Shown one piece after another: positions 57,517 to 64,000 of a DNA stretch of 64,000 bases. A program made the translations under genes and the position numbers. The DNA is from Polyangiales bacterium (GTDB lineage: Bacteria; Myxococcota_A; Polyangia; Polyangiales; Ga0077539). Where the stretch lies: positions 224,001 to 288,000 of the forward strand of contig JBGARZ010000002.1 in NCBI GenBank assembly GCA_044229975.1. The letters run 5' to 3'. The stretch's first letter is position 1. Every line of letters begins with the position of its first letter. A model generated the notes under the pieces. The model did not search any database. It was not told where the DNA came from and worked only from the letters and a program-made list of their open reading frames with translations.

Positions 57517-58137
57517 TCAGACGTCGTGGGGCCTTCGCCGCCAGAGCACGGCCGCGCCCGCGATGGTCGACACAACACCAACAGCACCCAACAGCATCGG
57601 CAGCGGCGTGCTTGGCGTGGCGGGCGGCGGCGCAGCGATCTTCGCGCGCTCGTCGGCGGTCTCGGCGCGGCGTCGCAGCAGCTCCAGCTTCAACGATTCC
57701 AATCCCCGCGCCATGGCCCACTCGTGGTTGGCCGAGAACGCGGGCTTGAGCACGAAGGACAAGCTCCGCAGCAGCGGCTTCTCCGCGCGCACGGTCCACT
57801 TGTACGTGACGACGCAGGTGGAGCCCGCGGCTTCGAGGGTCCACTCGCCGTGACCTTCGAGGTCACCGAAGGCGTCGAGGGCGATGGTGCGCGGTCGCTC
57901 GGCCGCAGTGACCCGCGCGCTCCAACGGAGCGTGTAGGGCAGCCAACCCTTGGTGAAGAAGCTCGTCACGCGACCGATGCCGTCGGCCGCGCCGTGCTCG
58001 ACCTCGGTCACCTCCAGGTAGACCGACGGCCACCAGCGCGGCAGCGACGGGGCGTCCTCCAGGATGCCGAACACCTCCTCGGGCGTCGCCTCGACCTCCC
58101 AGCGCGTGACGAACTCGTACTCGTTGTCGGCTGCCAT
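57517..58137 (-). CDS. SRPBCC (polyketide cyclase/START-like) protein with C-terminal TM
   Basis: FVTRWEVEATPEEV, PRWWP, GDLEGHGEW, FSANHEWAM; start overlaps the moeB stop. Confidence 0.8.
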   Translation of the reverse strand: MAADNEYEFVTRWEVEATPEEVFGILEDAPSLPRWWPSVYLEVTEVEHGAADGIGRVTSFFTKGWLPYTLRWSARVTAAERPRTIALDAFGDLEGHGEWTLEAAGSTCVVTYKWTVRAEKPLLRSLSFVLKPAFSANHEWAMARGLESLKLELLRRRAETADERAKIAAPPPATPSTPLPMLLGAVGVVSTIAGAAVLWRRRPHDV

Positions 58138-59309
58138 CAGGCGTGTCCCGGCAGCGCGCAGAAGTTCTCGTAGTCGATGTACTCGGTGATGCTCGGGGCC
58201 TTGCCGCACATCGGGCACTCGTCGTCGCGGCGCAGCTTGAGCTCGCGAAACTTCATCCCGAGCGAGTCGTAGGTGAGCAGTCGACCGACGAGCGGCTTGC
58301 CGATCTTGAGCACCAGCTTGATGGCCTCGGTGGCCTGGATGACCCCGACGATGCCGGGCAGCACGCCGAGCACACCGGCCTCCTGGCACGACGGCGCGAG
58401 GTGCGCGGGCGGCGGCTCCGGGTACAGGCACCGGTAGCAGGGACCCTCGTAGGGGACGAAGGTCGTCACCTGCCCCTCGAAGCGGAAGATGCTCCCGTGC
58501 ACGACGGGCTTGCGCTTCATCACCGACGCGTCGTTGACCAGGTAGCGCGTCGGGAAGTTGTCGCAGCCGTCCACGATGACGTCGAAGCCCTCGAAGATGC
58601 GGTCGACGTTTTCGCTGGTGAGCCGCTCCTGAAACTTCACCACGTTGAGCTCGGGGTTGAGTCCCTTGAGGGTCTTCTCGGCGGAGTCGACCTTCGGGAG
58701 GCCCACCGTCGACATGCTGTGGATGACCTGCCGTTGCAGGTTGGACGCGTCGACCACGTCGGCGTCCACCAGCCCGATGGTTCCGACACCGGCGGCCGCG
58801 AGGTAGAGCGCGGCGGGAGCGCCGAGGCCGCCCGCGCCGAGGCAGAGCACCTTGGCGTCGAGCAGCTTCGCCTGCCCCTTCTCGCCGATCTCGGGGAGCA
58901 GCAGGTGGCGCGAGTAGCGGTCCCGCTGGTCGGCCGTGAGCACCCGCGGAACCTCCATCGGATAGCGACGGTCCTTCCACTGCGAGAAGCCCGGGTTGGC
59001 GCTCTCGATGTTGGTGTAGCCCATCTCCTGGAGGGTCTTCGCGGCGAGCGCCGACCGCGTGCCGCCCGCGCAATACAGCACGATGCGCGCGCCCTTCTCG
59101 ACGAGCGTCGACTCGGCCTTGCTCTCCAGGTGTCCCCTCGGGATGTGCACCGCGCCGGGGATGTGCCCCGCCCTGAACTCGTCGCCCTCGCGCACGTCCA
59201 CGAGCGTGAAGTCGCGCGGGCCCTCCAGTCGGGTCTTCAGCTCCTCCAGCGAGATCTCGCGGATCGCGCGGCGGGTCTCGGCCATGATGTCCTGAAATGT
59301 CTTCGCCAT
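58137..59309 (-). CDS. moeB: Rhodanese-MoeB/ThiF adenylyltransferase fusion
   Basis: N-terminal rhodanese (DVRE, GHIPGA, YCAGGTRS); RYSRH, GAGGLG, SNLQRQ, DNFPTRY, CYRC and CPMC. Confidence 0.9.
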   Translation of the reverse strand: MAKTFQDIMAETRRAIREISLEELKTRLEGPRDFTLVDVREGDEFRAGHIPGAVHIPRGHLESKAESTLVEKGARIVLYCAGGTRSALAAKTLQEMGYTNIESANPGFSQWKDRRYPMEVPRVLTADQRDRYSRHLLLPEIGEKGQAKLLDAKVLCLGAGGLGAPAALYLAAAGVGTIGLVDADVVDASNLQRQVIHSMSTVGLPKVDSAEKTLKGLNPELNVVKFQERLTSENVDRIFEGFDVIVDGCDNFPTRYLVNDASVMKRKPVVHGSIFRFEGQVTTFVPYEGPCYRCLYPEPPPAHLAPSCQEAGVLGVLPGIVGVIQATEAIKLVLKIGKPLVGRLLTYDSLGMKFRELKLRRDDECPMCGKAPSITEYIDYENFCALPGHA

Positions 59310-59487
59310 GACTGCGATGCTCCAGTGGGACGCCGAAGGATCGGGCGCCGCGCCGAAGAGACTCGGCTCGCTGGCACCGTCACCATGATGGACGCGGGTT
59401 CTACGATAATGGAGCCCGTGGGGCCAGCGTCGAAGCGTCGCTCGGCATTGACGGTGCGACCGTCGATCCCGTAGGTGTTGCCCGGCA

Positions 59488-60531
59488 ATGGCACGACTGA
59501 CCTATCGGGATGCTGGTGTGGACACGGCCATGGGCGACGCCGTGGTGGAGCGCATCAAGCCCATGGTGGCCTCGACGCGGCGCCCGGAGGTGCTGGGCGA
59601 CCTCGGCGGCTTCGCGGGTCTGTGTCGGCTCCCGATGGGTTTGCGCGACCCGGTGCTGGTGAGCGGCACCGACGGCGTCGGCACCAAGTTGAAGGTGGCG
59701 TTCGCGATGAACCGCCACGACTCGGTGGGCATCGACCTCGTCGCGATGTGCGCCAACGACGTGGCGACGGTGGGCGCCGACTGCCTCTTCTTCCTCGACT
59801 ACTTCGCGACCGGGGTGCTCGAACCCGGTATCGCGCAGGACGTCATCGCGGGCGTGGCCGAGGGCTGCCGCCGCGCCGGGTGCGCGCTGCTGGGCGGCGA
59901 GACCGCGGAGCTGCCGGGGATGTATCCCCGCAACGAGTACGACCTGGCGGGTTTCTGCGTGGGCGTGGTCGACCGTCACAAGATGCTCGACGCGTCGCAG
60001 GTGAAGGTCGGCGACGTGGTGATCGGGGTGCACTCCTCGGGGCTGCACTCCAACGGCTACTCGCTCGCCCGGAGGGCTCTGTTGGAAGAGGCGAAGTACC
60101 CGCTCGACGCGCCGGCGGGCAACCTCAAGCGCACGCTCGGCGAGGAGCTCCTGGAACCGACACGCATCTACGCAAAGGCGGTGCAGCGCGCGGTGGTGAC
60201 CGGTCAGGTGAGGGCCGTCGCGCACATCACGGGGGCCGGGCTGCCGGGCAACATCCCGCGCGTGCTGCCCGATCGTCACGGCGTGACGCTCGACCCGCGG
60301 CGCTGGCCCCGGCCGGAGATCTTCCGTCTCATCCAGGAGGCGGGCGACGTGGAGGAGGCCGAGATGCGGCGCACCTTCAACCTGGGCCTCGGGCTCGTGG
60401 TGGTGGCGGCCGCCCAGGGCGCCGACGCGGTGCTCGCGTCCTTCCGCGAGATGGGCCAGGGGGCGGACATCGTCGGCGAGGTGGTTCCGTCCGACGCGGT
60501 GGACGACGACCGCGTGGTCTTCCTGGGCTGA
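59488..60531 (+). CDS. purM: Phosphoribosylformylglycinamidine cyclo-ligase
   Basis: YRDAGVD, GTDGVGTK, GGETAELPG, SSGLHSNGYS, HITGAG, TFNLG. Confidence 0.96.
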   Translation: MARLTYRDAGVDTAMGDAVVERIKPMVASTRRPEVLGDLGGFAGLCRLPMGLRDPVLVSGTDGVGTKLKVAFAMNRHDSVGIDLVAMCANDVATVGADCLFFLDYFATGVLEPGIAQDVIAGVAEGCRRAGCALLGGETAELPGMYPRNEYDLAGFCVGVVDRHKMLDASQVKVGDVVIGVHSSGLHSNGYSLARRALLEEAKYPLDAPAGNLKRTLGEELLEPTRIYAKAVQRAVVTGQVRAVAHITGAGLPGNIPRVLPDRHGVTLDPRRWPRPEIFRLIQEAGDVEEAEMRRTFNLGLGLVVVAAAQGADAVLASFREMGQGADIVGEVVPSDAVDDDRVVFLG

Positions 60532-60540
60532 GCCGTCGCC

Positions 60541-61146
60541 GTGCGCATCGTCGTCCTCGTCTCCGGCGGCGGAACCAACCTCCAGTCGCTCCTCGACGCC
60601 TCCCGCGCTGGTTCGCTCGGCGCGGCTGAGATCGTCGGCGTCATCTCCAACCGCCCCGGCGCGGGCGGGCTCGATCGCGCTACCAGGGCTGGCGTGCCGA
60701 CGCGCGTGATCGACCACCGCAACTTCGCCGAGCGCTCCGCCTTCGACGCTGCGCTGCGGGCCGAGGTGCAGTCGTTTGGCGCCGAGCTCGTGGTGCTCGC
60801 GGGCTTCATGCGGGTGCTGACGGAGACCTTCCTCTCGGGTCTCGAAGACCGGGTCATCAACATCCACCCCTCCCTGCTCCCCGCCTTCCCGGGCGTGCGC
60901 GCCCAGTCGCAGGCGTTGCACCACGGGGCGAAGGTCGCGGGCTGCACGGTGCACTTCGTCGACGCGGGCCTCGACTCTGGCGCCATCATCGCGCAGGCCG
61001 CCGTCCCGGTGCTCGACGACGACACCGAGGAGAGCTTGCAGGCGCGCATCCTCACCGAAGAGCACCGGCTGCTCCCGGCGGTGGTGGCCGACCTCGCCGC
61101 GGGGCGCGTGCGGCGCGAGGGGCGGCGGGTCTTCCGGGCGACGTGA
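60541..61146 (+). CDS. purN: Phosphoribosylglycinamide formyltransferase
   Basis: SGGGTNLQ, LAGFMR, NIHPSLLP, GCTVHFV, EEH. Confidence 0.96.
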   Translation: MRIVVLVSGGGTNLQSLLDASRAGSLGAAEIVGVISNRPGAGGLDRATRAGVPTRVIDHRNFAERSAFDAALRAEVQSFGAELVVLAGFMRVLTETFLSGLEDRVINIHPSLLPAFPGVRAQSQALHHGAKVAGCTVHFVDAGLDSGAIIAQAAVPVLDDDTEESLQARILTEEHRLLPAVVADLAAGRVRREGRRVFRAT

Positions 61147-62651
61147 CGCCGCCGCGAAGCTCCTACGACGTCGTCGTGATCGGCCTCTCGCTCGGGGCCC
61201 TCGCCACGGGTGCGCTGCTCGCTCGTCGCGGCTTTCGCGTGGTGGCGCTCGGCCACGGATCGCTACCGTTTCGCTACGAGCGCGCCGGCCACGCGCTCTA
61301 CCGCTCGCTCGGAACGCTCACCGCCCACGAGAGCCCCGCGTTCCGTCGGGTGTTCGCCGAGCTCGCGCTCCTGCCCGCGGTGCGCCGGCGTCTCACGGCG
61401 CTCGACCCGCCGTGGCAGGTGGTGCTGCCGCGACAGCGCGTCGACGTCCCCGCCAACGTCGACCGGCGCGTCGCCGAGGTGTTGCGGGAGTTTCCCGAGG
61501 TGCCGCGCGCGGTGGAGGAGTTCTACGCGCTGCTGAGCGAGGCCGACCCGGCCCTCGATGCGCTGCTCGGGGCCGACCTCTCGTGGCCGCCCGACGGCTT
61601 CTGGGAGCGACGGCGGGCGCGCGCGCTGGCGGATGCTGTTCCGCTGCGGCTCAACGCCGACGCGCTGGGTGCGTTTGCGAGTGACCATGGCTTTCGCACC
61701 TTCGTCGATGCCCAGTGTCGCTTCGCCGGCGCGAGCGACCCCGACGCCCTCGACACCCTGCGACGCGCCCGCGCCCATGGTGTCGCGCGCGCCGCCATGC
61801 TCGACGGCGACGAGCACGACGAGATCACCCGGATGCTCCTGGAGAAGATCCAGCAGCACGGCGGCGAGGTGCGAACACGCGACCACGTCGAGCGCATCGT
61901 GGTGCGCCGCGGGCGCGCCGTGGGCGTGGAGCTCTCCGGGGTCGACGAGGGTCTCGGTGCGTCGTGGATCGTCACCGGGCTCGACGCGGGCGCGGCCCAC
62001 CGCCTCACGCAGGAGCCCGCCTCGCGGGACTACACCCAGTCGCTGCTCTCGGCGCGGGCGCGGCACTACCGCTACCTCCTGAACGTGGTGGTGCGGCGCG
62101 AGGTCATCCCGACGGGCATGGCGCGTCGGCTCTTCGCGGTGATGGAGCTCGCGCGCCCGCTCACCGAGGAGAACCTCCTCGCCGTCGAAGTCGCACCGGG
62201 CGACGGGCCCGAGGCGACCCTCCGCGTGGGCGCGCTCCTCCCGCGCGCGCTCGTCGACGCGGGCGATGCGACGCTGCGGCGCGTGCGTCCGCGGGTGCTC
62301 GGCGCGCTGGGTCGGGTGATCCCCTTCCTCGATCGCAACACGCTCTGGGTCGAGTCACCGCACGACGGCCTCGCACCCGAAGACCCGACGGGCGCGCACG
62401 ACGGACGCGCCCCGGTGAAGGAGCCCATGGAGGCGCTGGAGGAGTTCACCTCGCCGGGCTTCCTCGGGCTCTGCGGTCACCCCATGCGCGGCGACGTCGA
62501 GCGGCTGCTGCTGCCGGGTCGACAGACGGTGCCCGCGCTCGGCACCGAAGGAGAGCTCATGGCCGCCCTCTCCGCCGCGCGGACCATCACGCGCAGCGAT
62601 CCGTCGAAGGAGCGTCTGCGCGTCGAGCTCTGGTCACGCGTCGAGTCGTGA
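61143..62651 (+). CDS. FAD-dependent oxidoreductase (phytoene dehydrogenase-like fold)
   Basis: N-terminal Rossmann-like YDVVVIGLSLGAL; HGGEVR...VERI...GRAVGV; start overlaps the purN stop (GTGA). Confidence 0.65.
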   Translation: MTPPRSSYDVVVIGLSLGALATGALLARRGFRVVALGHGSLPFRYERAGHALYRSLGTLTAHESPAFRRVFAELALLPAVRRRLTALDPPWQVVLPRQRVDVPANVDRRVAEVLREFPEVPRAVEEFYALLSEADPALDALLGADLSWPPDGFWERRRARALADAVPLRLNADALGAFASDHGFRTFVDAQCRFAGASDPDALDTLRRARAHGVARAAMLDGDEHDEITRMLLEKIQQHGGEVRTRDHVERIVVRRGRAVGVELSGVDEGLGASWIVTGLDAGAAHRLTQEPASRDYTQSLLSARARHYRYLLNVVVRREVIPTGMARRLFAVMELARPLTEENLLAVEVAPGDGPEATLRVGALLPRALVDAGDATLRRVRPRVLGALGRVIPFLDRNTLWVESPHDGLAPEDPTGAHDGRAPVKEPMEALEEFTSPGFLGLCGHPMRGDVERLLLPGRQTVPALGTEGELMAALSAARTITRSDPSKERLRVELWSRVES

Positions 62652-62688
62652 CGAGTCGACGCGCAGGTGAAGGTGCGGCGACAGTCGG

Positions 62689-62717
62689 TTGACGGCTTCG
62701 GCAATTCCACATAGCGT
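62689..62717 (+). promoter_or_regulatory. Putative sigma70 promoter of the BMC-T gene
   Basis: TTGACG-17 bp-TAGCGT. Confidence 0.5.
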
Positions 62718-62738
62718 CCGCGCGCCCTCGGCAGCCAT

Positions 62739-63392
62739 GTGCCGAAAGCAACCACACATCTCCTCGTGCAGCTCCGAACCTTCATCCACCTCGACGTGCT
62801 TCAGCCCCAGCTCGCGGGCTTCTTCCAGACCGTTGCGTCGGGCTTCCAGCCCCTCGCGGGTCAGGCCGCACTGTTGGTGGAGATCGCTCCGGGCATCTCC
62901 ATCAACAGCCTCACCGACGCGGCGCTCAAGGCCACGCGGGTGTTGCCGGGGATGCAGATCGTCGAGCGCGCCTTCGGGATGGTGGAGGTGCACCATTTCG
63001 ATCAGGGCGACGTGCGCGCGGCAGGCGACGCGATGCTCGATCGCGCGGGGCTCAAGGTCGAAGACCGGATGACCGCGGAGATCATCTCGCGCGAGGTCAT
63101 CACGGGCATCGACGCGCACCAGGCGATGCTGGTCAACCGCATGCGCCACGGGCAGCTCCTGCTCGAAGGCGAGACCCTCTATGTGTTGGAAGTGGCCCCG
63201 GCGGGTTACGCCGCGCTCGCGGCCAACGAGGCCGAGAAGGCCGCCAACATCAACCTGTTGGAGGTCGTGACCTTCGGGCAGTTCGGGCGGCTCTATCTCG
63301 GTGGTCGCGAGGAAGAAGTCGCTCAGGCGGCGGCCGCTGCGGAGCGCGCGCTGCGGGCTGTGACCGGTCGCCCTCCCAAGGCGAAGGGTTGA
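62739..63392 (+). CDS. Bacterial microcompartment shell protein, tandem-domain BMC-T (CcmP/CsoS1D-like)
   Basis: LRTF-x-x-LD-x-LQPQ, EIAPG, VERAFG, PAGYAALAANEAEKAA, FGRLYLGG; alternative start GTG 62766. Confidence 0.9.
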   Translation: MPKATTHLLVQLRTFIHLDVLQPQLAGFFQTVASGFQPLAGQAALLVEIAPGISINSLTDAALKATRVLPGMQIVERAFGMVEVHHFDQGDVRAAGDAMLDRAGLKVEDRMTAEIISREVITGIDAHQAMLVNRMRHGQLLLEGETLYVLEVAPAGYAALAANEAEKAANINLLEVVTFGQFGRLYLGGREEEVAQAAAAAERALRAVTGRPPKAKG

Positions 63393-63525
63393 GCGGCATC
63401 AGTGGTCCGGGATTCCATCATCAACAACGGCACGTGAGTCGTGGCAGATACGACAGCGTGTTTCTTGGGCGGCGCCGCCCTCATGTCGGCGCGAACGTGA
63501 ATCAGTGCATCGACAGGAGGCTCCA

Positions 63526-64000
63526 GTGAAGCGGAACAGCGGTTGGCTTGTCATCATTCTTTCGACTATCGCGGCGTGCAGCGACCCGGCAGTCAACAAC
63601 CCGACGCCCGACGCGGGCAACCCCATCGACGTCCAGGTCCCGGCCGACATGGGCACCACCACCACGGACCAGCCGCGTGTCACCGACAACGGCGTCCGCG
63701 CCGACGTTCGCCCCGACTCGGGCACCGCGTCGCGCACCGCCGTCGTGGCGGGCCGCGCCTGCATGAGCGACGAGACCTGCACGAGCGAGACCGCCGACCT
63801 GGTCTGTACCGCCCTCCCCGGTGGCCGCATCTGCTCCGGCGCCGAGTTCTGCGAGCAGGGCAACGTCGCGGCGGAAGAGGCCGCCTGCGGCGGTCGCTTC
63901 TCGACCTGCCTCGTGGTCGGCAACTTCACCAACGGCACCCAGGCCAGCGCGTGCACCCGCGCCTGCGTCCCCGCCGCCAACACCGAGGCGCTCGGCCAGT
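63526..64000 (+). CDS. Cys-rich lipoprotein (partial, runs off the window)
   Basis: AGGAGG RBS at 63515, GTG start, leader KRNSGWLVIILSTIAAC, Cys-rich body; no stop in the window, so absent from the ORF track. Confidence 0.7.
   Translation, partial: MKRNSGWLVIILSTIAACSDPAVNNPTPDAGNPIDVQVPADMGTTTTDQPRVTDNGVRADVRPDSGTASRTAVVAGRACMSDETCTSETADLVCTALPGGRICSGAEFCEQGNVAAEEAACGGRFSTCLVVGNFTNGTQASACTRACVPAANTEALGQ

Noticed and set aside
59310..59487. ZTP/purine riboswitch upstream of purM
   Set aside because: No recognisable aptamer consensus; only a short hairpin overlapping a possible -35 box

Overview
A very GC-rich, gene-dense bacterial chromosome segment. The Ser/Thr kinase, Cys-rich lipoproteins, Topo VI and Haliangium-type BMC-T protein suggest Myxococcota (inference). 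It carries about 55 CDS, mostly housekeeping: KirBac channel, ABC-F, thrA, metB-like, acyl-CoA carboxylase beta and enoyl-CoA hydratase, top6A/top6B, dcd, recG, greA, thiS/thiG/thiE, a MacAB-like exporter, GH31, moeB-rhodanese, purM and purN. The standout is a co-oriented ~8.2 kb operon at 28552-36761, between two convergent sulfatase-like genes. It encodes a WGR-PARP with an intact H-Y-E triad, a macrodomain protein, a HEAT/ARM-repeat protein, a SWIM zinc-finger protein, a structured non-coding RNA and a retron-type reverse transcriptase. The RNA shows retron msr-msd architecture: a long a1/a2 inverted repeat, a candidate branching G at 35126 and a long msd hairpin. This looks like a myxobacterial (type XIII-like) retron coupled to an ADP-ribosylation writer/eraser pair, and is a candidate anti-phage system. 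Other oddities are a probable tandem H2TH duplication in Top6B, a 22/21-bp non-coding repeat array upstream of dcd, a degenerate 5'-nucleotidase fused to a probable beta-barrel, an orphan BMC-T gene and a secreted CpcT-like protein. No tRNA, rRNA, CRISPR array or transposase was recognised. All family calls come from motif recognition by eye, not database searches, and several starts were moved downstream of the ORF-track start.
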